43,345 bases of DNA from an uncultured bacterium (GTDB lineage: Bacteria > Bacteroidota > Bacteroidia > Chitinophagales > Chitinophagaceae). Of this stretch, positions 1 through 7,263 are shown in pieces (the stretch's first letter is position 1; the number at the start of each line of letters is the position of its first letter). The DNA is taken from contig CBIGXK010000001.1 of assembly GCA_966193805.1 (NCBI GenBank), positions 1 to 43,345 on the forward strand, in the 5' to 3' direction. Below the pieces are notes generated by a model that saw only the letters and a program-made list of their open reading frames with translations, made no database searches and was not told the origin of the DNA. A program made the position numbers and the translations under genes.

Positions 1-28
1 CATTCAGTTTTTTTCAAAGGTATGGAGT

Positions 29-796
29 TTAGAATTTCTCTACCACGCCCAGCGCAAACAGCGCAAAATCATATTTAACAGGATCAGCAGCGTCATATTT
101 CCGTAAGTGAGCGGTAAGCTCCATTGCCGAGCGCCAGTCGGCATTCGGCCGTTGGAGCAAGTCAAATCTCCTCGCCACGCGCGCAACGTGCAGGTCGAGT
201 GGGCAAACCAGTTGCGACGGCTTTATCTTTTTCCAAAGACCGAAGTCCACCCCCTTCCCGTCGTCCCTTACCATCCATCTTAAAAACATGTTAAGCCGTT
301 TGCACGCCGAATTTTTTTGCGGCGACGCAACGTGCTTCCTCGTTCTCTTTGGAACGTCTTCCAACGAAAAAAAATAATTACTAAAGAAGTTGAGCGCCTC
401 TTCCACTGGCTCGCCAACCGCAGGCAGCGGCGCCGTGAATGCGTCCTCGAGCGAATCATTTTTTTGATAATGATATTGCAGAAAGGAAATAAAATAAAGC
501 AGATCGGTAGCGTTGAACGTGCGGTGACAAAAATGCTCGAATCTTTTCCTTTCTTTTTCGCGATGATGAACAATAAAATGATGGGGATCGTTATCCATCA
601 GTTTCATCAGCTCAAAACTTTTCCGCATGATGGTTGTGCGGTTGCCCCATGCAAAGATTGCCGCAAAAAAACCGGCAATCTCGATGTCCTGTTTTTTGTT
701 GAACCTGTGCGGTACGGATATCGGATCGCCGTCGATAAATGACGGCCGGTTATACTCTTCCACCTTCCGGTCGAGGAAATCTTTCAGTGCATTCAC
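29..796 (-). CDS. Conserved uncharacterised protein, TIGR02757/DUF2400-like
   Basis: Uninterrupted 255-aa ORF with a GTG start at 796. It lies 2 nt downstream of the preceding gene on the same strand. The family assignment is from memory of the conserved pattern (FFAAIFAWGNR, CPLDLHVARVARR) and has not been searched. Confidence 0.6.
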   Translation of the reverse strand: MNALKDFLDRKVEEYNRPSFIDGDPISVPHRFNKKQDIEIAGFFAAIFAWGNRTTIMRKSFELMKLMDNDPHHFIVHHREKERKRFEHFCHRTFNATDLLYFISFLQYHYQKNDSLEDAFTAPLPAVGEPVEEALNFFSNYFFSLEDVPKRTRKHVASPQKNSACKRLNMFLRWMVRDDGKGVDFGLWKKIKPSQLVCPLDLHVARVARRFDLLQRPNADWRSAMELTAHLRKYDAADPVKYDFALFALGVVEKF

Positions 797-798
797 CG

Positions 799-1956
799 TT
801 ATGCTTTCAAGGCATTATCCAGGTCATCGATCAAATCATCTATATCTTCCACGCCCACGCTTAACCTGATCAGCGAATCGGTCAGGCCATTCTTTATTCG
901 TTCTTCTCTCGGAATAGATGCGTGGGTCATGCTCGCCGGATGATTGATCAGCGATTCAACACCGCCGAGGCTTTCAGCGAGGGCAAACACTTTTGTTGAC
1001 GACAATAACTGCTTTGCTTTATCAACACTGTCATCTTTGAGGGTAAAGCTCATCATTCCACCAAAACCGCGCATCTGCTTCTTCGCAATTTCATATCCCG
1101 GATGATCCCGGAACCCGCACCAGTACACCTTGCCAACTTTAGGATGTGCCCGTAAAAATGCGGCGATCTTTTCTCCATTAAAGCAATGTCTTTCCATTCT
1201 CAGGTGAAGCGTCTTCAATCCCCTGAGCACAAGAAAGCAATCCTGCGGACCCGGCACCGCTCCGCAGCTTTTTTGGATGAAGTATAATTGTTCGCGCAGG
1301 TTGGCGTCGTTCATCATCAGGCAGCCATGAATAACGTCGCTATGGCCGCCGAGATATTTCGTGGCGGAATGCATGACAATGTCCGCACCGTGATCGAGTG
1401 GATTTTGCAGGTATGGCGAAGCAAAAGTGTTATCAACACATACAATTATCTCTTTGCCCCTGACCAATGATGAAACCGCCCGAATGTCCACCACGTTCAT
1501 CAACGGATTAGTGGGCGTTTCGATCCATATCAGTTTCGTTTTATCATTGATGAGCTTGCTGACGTTTTCCGGCTGGAACATGTCAACGTAATGAAACTTT
1601 ATTCCAAACTTTGCAAACACTTTTGTAAACAGGCGGTAGGTGCCGCCATACATGTCGTTGCCGGCAATCACTTCATCGCCGGGCGACAGCAGTTTGATCA
1701 CTGCGTCGGTTGCAGCCACACCACTTCCAAATGAAAGACCGTATTGGGCATTCTCGCTGATCGCGAGCGCTTCTTCCAGTACCTGTCGCGTTGGATTCTG
1801 CGACCTTGCATATTCAAAGCCTTTATTCACGCCGGGTGCCTGCTGCACATATGTTGACGTTTGGAAAATCGGCGTCATAATGGCGCCGGTCGATGGATCA
1901 GGTTCAATTCCTCCGTGTATCAATTTCGTGGCCAGTTTCATGTCGTTGTTTTGCAT
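799..1956 (-). CDS. Cys/Met-metabolism PLP-dependent enzyme (cystathionine gamma-synthase / beta-lyase / gamma-lyase family)
   Basis: 385-aa ORF. It carries the PLP-lysine region HSATKYLGGHSD and the C-terminal RLSVGVEDIDDLIDDL signature typical of trans-sulfuration enzymes. The exact specificity cannot be decided from sequence alone. Confidence 0.85.
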   Translation of the reverse strand: MQNNDMKLATKLIHGGIEPDPSTGAIMTPIFQTSTYVQQAPGVNKGFEYARSQNPTRQVLEEALAISENAQYGLSFGSGVAATDAVIKLLSPGDEVIAGNDMYGGTYRLFTKVFAKFGIKFHYVDMFQPENVSKLINDKTKLIWIETPTNPLMNVVDIRAVSSLVRGKEIIVCVDNTFASPYLQNPLDHGADIVMHSATKYLGGHSDVIHGCLMMNDANLREQLYFIQKSCGAVPGPQDCFLVLRGLKTLHLRMERHCFNGEKIAAFLRAHPKVGKVYWCGFRDHPGYEIAKKQMRGFGGMMSFTLKDDSVDKAKQLLSSTKVFALAESLGGVESLINHPASMTHASIPREERIKNGLTDSLIRLSVGVEDIDDLIDDLDNALKA

Positions 1957-1988
1957 GCGAATTTAACTTGTTTTCACATTGATTATTT

Positions 1989-1996
1989 TACATTTG
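1989..1996 (+). promoter_or_regulatory. Candidate Bacteroidota -7 promoter element TACATTTG, 5 nt upstream of the trmB ATG
   Basis: Exact match to TAnnTTTG read in the sequence. It sits in the 45-nt divergent gap between the metC-like gene and trmB. Confidence 0.35.
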
Positions 1997-2001
1997 TCGC
2001 G

Positions 2002-2712
2002 ATGGGTCAGAAGAAACTACTACGCTTTGCAGAAATCAGGACATTTCACAATGTGCTGGAATACCCACAGCAGATGCAGGGAAAGTGGAGCGCTTTTTTT
2101 CAGAACAACCATCCGCTTACGCTGGAACTCGCCTGCGGCAAGGGCGAATACGCCGTGGGGCTGGGCAGGATGTTTCCCAACAGAAATTTTATTGGCGTTG
2201 ATTTGAAAGGCAACCGGATATGGGTGGGCGCAAAAAAGGCCCTGCAGGAGAAACTGGAGAATGTTGCGTTTATCCGCAGCCAGATAGATAAAATCGACCA
2301 ATATTTTGAAAAAGGCGAGGTGAGCGAGATTTGGATCACATTTCCCGACCCGCAGCTAAGAACTTCAAAGGCAAAGAAACGCCTTACACATCCCCGTTTT
2401 TTAAGACTGTACCAGAACATACTTGCTGCGGGAGGGCCCATCCATCTTAAAACTGACTCACCCGATCTTTATCGCTTTACACTGTCGGTGATAGAATTAT
2501 ATGGGCTGAAAATAATTGAAGATATTGACGATGTGCATGCCGGGGCCGCATTAATGGATGAATTGAAGATCAAAACGTACTATGAAAGTCTCGACATTGC
2601 AGGCAGCAAGCGCGTGCATTACCTGCAATTCATACTGCCGCCGGAAATATTGCCGGATAGGGATAACGAATTAAAAGATGTAATCGTTGAACAGGAAGCC
2701 TACAGACGATGA
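2002..2712 (+). CDS. trmB: tRNA (guanine46-N7)-methyltransferase
   Basis: SAM-binding motif LELACGKGEY, plus EIWITFPDPQ and the KRLTHPRFL region typical of TrmB. I chose the ATG at 2002 because the upstream ORF extension (1861..2001) overlaps the divergent gene and lacks family similarity. Confidence 0.85.
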   Translation: MGQKKLLRFAEIRTFHNVLEYPQQMQGKWSAFFQNNHPLTLELACGKGEYAVGLGRMFPNRNFIGVDLKGNRIWVGAKKALQEKLENVAFIRSQIDKIDQYFEKGEVSEIWITFPDPQLRTSKAKKRLTHPRFLRLYQNILAAGGPIHLKTDSPDLYRFTLSVIELYGLKIIEDIDDVHAGAALMDELKIKTYYESLDIAGSKRVHYLQFILPPEILPDRDNELKDVIVEQEAYRR

Positions 2713-2896
2713 AGAACCTGAATCATACTCGAATGATGAAGGACTAACCGTATTTACGGCAGAATACCTGCTGAGCCGGGGATATTGCTGCGGCTACGGT
2801 TGCAAAAATTGCCCCTATGACTATTTAAACGTGAAGGAGCCGCGGCGCTCCATGCTTCTTCTTCAAAGAAAAAAAGATGAAAGCGAAAAAAAATAA
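2687..2896 (+). CDS. Small cysteine-rich protein, DUF5522-like (CCGYGCKNCPY motif)
   Basis: 69-aa ORF. The core GLTVFTAEYLLSRGYCCGYGCKNCPYDY resembles the small Bacteroidota DUF5522 family. The only possible start is TTG at 2687, because the frame opens after TAA at 2681-2683. The ORF overlaps trmB by 26 nt and the next gene by 20 nt. Confidence 0.55.
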   Translation: MNRKPTDDEEPESYSNDEGLTVFTAEYLLSRGYCCGYGCKNCPYDYLNVKEPRRSMLLLQRKKDESEKK

Positions 2897-3272
2897 AAAA
2901 GCTCCGCCCAAAGAAAAGGCCGTAAGCATCAATCCTTCAGGCAAAAAGGATCAGTCGTTTTTCGAGCTTGTGCACGAAGTGGCGAGGCAAATACCGCGTG
3001 GACGCGTCACTACATACGGCGCCATTGCTGCCTGCCTGGGTACAAAATTATCTGCACGCATGGTGGGGTGGGCGCTGCATGGCGCTCACGATCCGCGAAA
3101 CAAAGTGCCGGCGCACCGCGTGGTGAACAGGAACGGCATGCTTTCGGGCAAACATCACTTTGGCGGGCCCGACGCGATGCAAAAACTGCTGGAGAAAGAG
3201 CATATTAAAGTGGTGAACGACCAGGTGCAGGATTTTAATCGGTTGTTTTGGGACCCGATGGAAATGGGTTAA
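2877..3272 (+). CDS. Alkyltransferase-like (ATL, YbaZ/COG3695-type) MGMT-family DNA-binding protein without the acceptor cysteine
   Basis: Contains RVTTYGAIAACLG..ARMVGWAL..VPAHRVVNRNGMLSG. The canonical PCHRV active site reads PAHRV, so Cys is replaced by Ala. There is a lysine-rich N-terminal extension, MKAKKNKKAPPKEK. Confidence 0.75.
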   Translation: MKAKKNKKAPPKEKAVSINPSGKKDQSFFELVHEVARQIPRGRVTTYGAIAACLGTKLSARMVGWALHGAHDPRNKVPAHRVVNRNGMLSGKHHFGGPDAMQKLLEKEHIKVVNDQVQDFNRLFWDPMEMG

Positions 3273-3298
3273 AACGATCGGCCATCATCGAACAACCA

Positions 3299-3838
3299 CT
3301 AATAATATGGCGAGATAAACAAATACACCAACACTCCACTCACAGATACATACAGCCAGATGGGCCACGTGATCCTCGCCAGTTTGCGGTGCCTGGGCCA
3401 TTCAGCGATCATGGCGCGATAACTTGTAAACAGGATAAAAGGAAGAATGATCGCCGCGAGCAATATGTGCGTGATCAGAATGAAGAAATATACATACCGG
3501 ATGGTTCCTTCTCCTCCAAATTTGGTGTCGCCGGCAAACAGATGGTGACACACATAAGACATAAGAAACAACACAGACAACGCCATTGCCGTCAGCATCA
3601 GCCTGCGGTGCAGGAGATATCTTTTGTTTTTAACGGCAACCAGCGCCGCGATTAGCAGTACGGAAACGCAACTGTTGATGATGGCGTTTATGCGGGCGAA
3701 AATATGCGGGTCGAAGCCAGGGCCCAGTGGCACCTGCACTCTTCCAAGAATTACAATGGCGATAAATACAACCACCGAAACGGCCAGGATAAGTATTCTC
3801 GCTCTTCTGTCGTTCTTAGGAAGGATCGGTTCCAGCAT
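3299..3838 (-). CDS. DUF420 membrane protein (CtaM-like cytochrome oxidase assembly factor)
   Basis: Polytopic membrane ORF and the last gene of the oxidase cluster. I preferred the ATG at 3838, which lies 1 nt after the SCO stop, over the TTG at 3877, which would overlap SCO by 38 nt. The DUF420/CtaM assignment rests on family recollection and context. Confidence 0.7.
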   Translation of the reverse strand: MLEPILPKNDRRARILILAVSVVVFIAIVILGRVQVPLGPGFDPHIFARINAIINSCVSVLLIAALVAVKNKRYLLHRRLMLTAMALSVLFLMSYVCHHLFAGDTKFGGEGTIRYVYFFILITHILLAAIILPFILFTSYRAMIAEWPRHRKLARITWPIWLYVSVSGVLVYLFISPYY

Positions 3839-3839
3839 G

Positions 3840-4553
3840 TTAAAAAAAGGAGGTTTTTTTCTTCTTGTCCTTTTCAAGGATCAGTAGTGTGATGTCTTCG
3901 GCCAGTTTCGACATGGATGCACTGTCGAGGCCGTCGTAGTAGCCGCGAACTACCCGGTCTCTGTCTATCAGTACAAATTTTTGTGTATGGATGAAATTGG
4001 AGTCCACTCCTTTGCCGTCCTGCAGACCCAGCTTCAATTCATCGAGGGCATAGTTGTAGATCTTATCTTTCGGGCCGGTAAGGAACCACCACGTGTCGTG
4101 ATTGACATGAAACTTATCCGCATATTTTTTGAGCGCTTTTGCCGAATCCCTTTCCGGGTCGACGGTAAACGAAATGAACCGAACGAAGCTGCCATTCAGT
4201 TTGGTGCGCAGGTCCTTCATTTTCATGGCATCCTGCAGTTCCTTCATGTTTTGTGTAAGCGTTGGGCAGATGGAAGGGCAGCGCGTGAAGAAGTAGTCTG
4301 CGACGATAATGTTTCCTTTTATATCGTCGAGCGACACCTCGTCGCCCAACTGGTTGGTGAGGGTAATGTTGTCGAGCGTGTGCCAAACCGTGTCAGATAC
4401 CTTCTTTCCATTCACTACCTGGTTGATAACGGTGTCGGGAAAATACCTTGGCGGCATGTGGACGGCACCTTCACTCGCCGTTTTAACGATGTAATAGCTG
4501 AGCAGCGGAAGGAGTGCTGCAAGACAAAGCGCCAGTACAGATTTTTTACTCAC
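3840..4553 (-). CDS. SCO1/SenC family copper chaperone / thiol-disulfide oxidoreductase
   Basis: CxxxC motif FFFTRCPSICP, the FTVDPERDS block and a downstream conserved His (FIHTQKFVLIDRD). There is an N-terminal membrane anchor. The start is GTG. Confidence 0.85.
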   Translation of the reverse strand: MSKKSVLALCLAALLPLLSYYIVKTASEGAVHMPPRYFPDTVINQVVNGKKVSDTVWHTLDNITLTNQLGDEVSLDDIKGNIIVADYFFTRCPSICPTLTQNMKELQDAMKMKDLRTKLNGSFVRFISFTVDPERDSAKALKKYADKFHVNHDTWWFLTGPKDKIYNYALDELKLGLQDGKGVDSNFIHTQKFVLIDRDRVVRGYYDGLDSASMSKLAEDITLLILEKDKKKKTSFF

Positions 4554-4579
4554 GTCTCAAATTGAGCCGCAAAGTTACG

Positions 4580-5017
4580 TCATTTTAAATGCTCTTCCTG
4601 TCCATGCTCGGGAGCAGGCGCCATTTTTTGGTGTTGCGTTTCTCTTTTGTGCGTATCGATGTTATTGCGAAGGTTCTTGAATGAGTCACCATCCCACAAA
4701 AAGGCGCCGATAAACCAAACGAACAGCAGGGCCGGCACGGCGATGGTCATGATCATATTCTTGATCTCATGCTTCAGGTGCATGAATTCGGCGATGATAT
4801 AAAATGCTTTGGCCGAAGTGAATATAATATAGAGGATGTTGAACCAGATCTTTGTGGTATGCGGAAACCGGGGAGCAACAAACATCCCGATAACAAGCTC
4901 GATGCAGGTGATGACAAGCAGTATCCAGAATGTTCTCCAGACCGCTTTTGTATCGAAGCCGTGGTTGTGTTCGTGTGCCTCCTGGTCGAGGTGTGCGTGT
5001 GCTGAACTATTTTCCAT
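4580..5017 (-). CDS. Cytochrome c oxidase subunit IV-like small membrane protein
   Basis: 145 aa with about three hydrophobic helices. It sits immediately downstream of the subunit III genes. The N-terminus is His-rich (AHAHLDQEAHEHNH). Confidence 0.6.
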   Translation of the reverse strand: MENSSAHAHLDQEAHEHNHGFDTKAVWRTFWILLVITCIELVIGMFVAPRFPHTTKIWFNILYIIFTSAKAFYIIAEFMHLKHEIKNMIMTIAVPALLFVWFIGAFLWDGDSFKNLRNNIDTHKRETQHQKMAPAPEHGQEEHLK

Positions 5018-5043
5018 ACAGTTATTTTAATGCTTTCATCTTT

Positions 5044-5721
5044 TTAAAACAGGTAGAAGCAGGTGAATACAAATACCCACACCAGGTCCACAAAGTGCCA
5101 GTAAAGTCCTGCTTTTTCAATCATCAGATAATGTCCTCTTCTTTCAAATGTTCCCTTGATCGTCATTATGAGCATAATGATGTTCACGATCACGCCCGAG
5201 AACACGTGAAATCCATGAAATCCGGTTATAGTAAAGAAGAAATTGGTAAAGTTGGTGGTCGACTGGCTACCGTCGTAGTTAGGGAAAGGATTTCTTCCCC
5301 ACCATGCGCCTTCATGATACAGGTGCGTCCATTCCCAGGCCTGGCAGGAAAGGAACGCGATACCGCCGAGTATGGTCCATGACATCCATTTGATCACGCC
5401 TGCCCTGTCTTTCGCATGCCCGGCGCCTACGGCCAGTACCATGGTAACGGAGCTCATGATGAGGATGAACGTCATAAGGCTCACAAATACCAGTGGCAAA
5501 TGTGTATCACCCATGAACGGGAACGTGGAAAAAACGTGGTTCGGGTCGGGCCATGCCGGGGTGGCGAAGCGGATGGATCCGTAGGAGATAAGAAACGCGC
5601 CGAAAGTGAACGCATCGCTCATCAGGAAATACCACATCATCAGTTTGCCGTACTCGACATTAAAAGGGCTTCTTCCCCCTCCCCACCATTTTTGACTTGC
5701 CGTTGTAGCTATGTCTGCCAT
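5044..5721 (-). CDS. Cytochrome c oxidase subunit III
   Basis: Polytopic membrane protein ending in the subunit-III signature GLYWHFVDLVWVFVF. Confidence 0.85.
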   Translation of the reverse strand: MADIATTASQKWWGGGRSPFNVEYGKLMMWYFLMSDAFTFGAFLISYGSIRFATPAWPDPNHVFSTFPFMGDTHLPLVFVSLMTFILIMSSVTMVLAVGAGHAKDRAGVIKWMSWTILGGIAFLSCQAWEWTHLYHEGAWWGRNPFPNYDGSQSTTNFTNFFFTITGFHGFHVFSGVIVNIIMLIMTIKGTFERRGHYLMIEKAGLYWHFVDLVWVFVFTCFYLF

Positions 5722-5754
5722 ATAAAAAACGTAAAAGTTAAATTTAAAACTCAG

Positions 5755-6324
5755 TTACAGCGTCCACATAAAGAACACAAAGAGATAGATCCATAAAAGA
5801 TCCACAAAGTGCCAGTATGTGCTTGCCAGTTCGATGGTTACCGGGTTATAATTACGGACCTTAGAACTGAACGCCTTTATAAAAATGATCAGCAGCGCCA
5901 CCACCCCGCCGAGCACATGCAGCACGTGCAAGCCGAAGATGATGTAAAGAAACTGACCGCCTCCCGATCCCCTGAAATCAACACCAGTACCCCACAGGCT
6001 GCTGAACCCCATAATCTGGAAGGTGATAAACAGCATACCCAGCAAGGCTGTTACCGATATCAGCCTGCGGTAACCCTTCATGTTCCTTTCCTTGAAAGCC
6101 TTCAGGGCCAGTTGAATGGTCAGACTGCTTGCAAGGATCACCGCGGTCGAGTAATAAAATATCTTCGGCATCTGCACGGTTACCCATGCAGGCTGACTTT
6201 CCTTCACCACATAAGCACTCGTAAGGCCCGCAAACATCATAATAATGCTTCCCAGCCCTACCCACAATGTGAACTTGTGTGGATGAATCTTGTTTCTCTG
6301 TGTACTCACTGTTGCGCCAATCAC
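5755..6324 (-). CDS. Cytochrome c oxidase subunit III family protein (second, shorter paralogue)
   Basis: 189 aa with a GTG start. It ends in STYWHFVDLLWIYLFVFF and has HVLHVLGG histidines typical of the family. Confidence 0.8.
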   Translation of the reverse strand: MIGATVSTQRNKIHPHKFTLWVGLGSIIMMFAGLTSAYVVKESQPAWVTVQMPKIFYYSTAVILASSLTIQLALKAFKERNMKGYRRLISVTALLGMLFITFQIMGFSSLWGTGVDFRGSGGGQFLYIIFGLHVLHVLGGVVALLIIFIKAFSSKVRNYNPVTIELASTYWHFVDLLWIYLFVFFMWTL

Positions 6325-6342
6325 GTTTATAATTTTACTCCT

Positions 6343-7263
6343 TTAACCATTTTTATCTGCCAGCAGGGTAAGCAATACCACTGCCAGGTAAATATAGCTT
6401 CCAAACATCACTCGCCTTGCCGCTTTCACCGTCATTTGCCGGTAGAGCTGAACGCACAGCCATACCATGTAGAGGTTTGCCGCAAGTACGATCCAAAAGC
6501 TTACCACGCCGCTCATTCCCGCCAGGTAGGGAAGCACCCCGATAGGTACCAGCACCAGCGAATAAATGACCGACTGTATCGCCGAGTATTTTGTGGGCCC
6601 TTCGACCGAAGGCATCAGTTTGAACCCTGCTTTCGCATAGTCGCTATGCGCTATCCAGGCGATGGCCCAGAAGTGCGGGAACTGCCAGAAGAACTGGATC
6701 GCAAAAAGTATCCATCCTCCTGCCGTCAACTGATCCTGCCCCGCGGCCCAGCCGATAAGGCAGGGCAAAGCTCCGGGAACCGCACCCACCAGCACCGACA
6801 CCGAGCTTTTCCTTTTCAGGGGTGTGTACATAAACGCGTACACGAACCAGCTCACAGCCGCAATGACTGCCGACAGCGGGTTAAAGAAATGCCACAATAT
6901 CGCTGCACCTCCCAAACCTGCCACCGCCGCAAATGTCCATCCTTCGGAAGGACTCATCCTCCCCGAAGCTACGGGCCTTTTTGCGGTGCGCTTCATTAAC
7001 GCGTCGGTATCCTTCTCCACCACCTGGTTAACCGCGTTGGCGCTGCCTGTGACCATTAATCCTGCAGTAAACAGGAGAATGATCATGAGCCAGTCATACT
7101 CGACAACTTTTGGAGCAAGGAGGTAGCTGACAACTGCTGAAAAGACGACCATGAAACTCAGGCTGAACTTTATCAGCATCATGTAATCCCTGATCTTGCT
7201 CGCTATTGTAAAAGAACTAGTTGGTTTATCACCCATTGCCTTTATATCAATGGGGCTTTTCAT
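6343..7263 (-). CDS. cyoE: Heme O synthase (protoheme IX farnesyltransferase)
   Basis: UbiA-family motif NQVVEKDTDALMKRTAKRP in a polytopic membrane protein. The gene overlaps the ctaD stop by 17 nt. Confidence 0.9.
   Translation of the reverse strand: MKSPIDIKAMGDKPTSSFTIASKIRDYMMLIKFSLSFMVVFSAVVSYLLAPKVVEYDWLMIILLFTAGLMVTGSANAVNQVVEKDTDALMKRTAKRPVASGRMSPSEGWTFAAVAGLGGAAILWHFFNPLSAVIAAVSWFVYAFMYTPLKRKSSVSVLVGAVPGALPCLIGWAAGQDQLTAGGWILFAIQFFWQFPHFWAIAWIAHSDYAKAGFKLMPSVEGPTKYSAIQSVIYSLVLVPIGVLPYLAGMSGVVSFWIVLAANLYMVWLCVQLYRQMTVKAARRVMFGSYIYLAVVLLTLLADKNG

Noticed and set aside
1861-2001. N-terminal extensions in the ORF track: trmB from 1861, purN from 19004, the secreted protein from 19507, SCO2 to 38255, the LysE gene to 43078, DUF420 to 3877, coxB to 10193 and fur to 37486.
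   Set aside because: The extensions overlap neighbouring genes or promoters, several start at TTG or GTG, and they add residues with no family similarity. The internal ATGs match the expected N-termini and, in several cases, sit just after a TAnnTTTG element.
2687-2712. A possible frameshift or fusion between trmB and the downstream Cys-rich ORF.
   Set aside because: TrmB ends at a normal length with a clean TGA. The small ORF resembles an independent family of mini-proteins, and no slippery sequence is evident.
5809-6999. A 396-aa ORF on the plus strand, spanning the cyoE and subunit-III genes. Similar long antisense ORFs occur at 14747..15787, 17566..18231, 25567..26328, 26442..27215, 28152..28757, 28957..29547, 31455..32309, 35209..35847 and 38290..38916.
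   Set aside because: Each lies entirely opposite a gene with clear family motifs. Their translations are His/Arg/Cys/Pro-rich and low in information, and none has promoter or family support. They are mirror-frame artefacts of codon bias, not overlapping genes.
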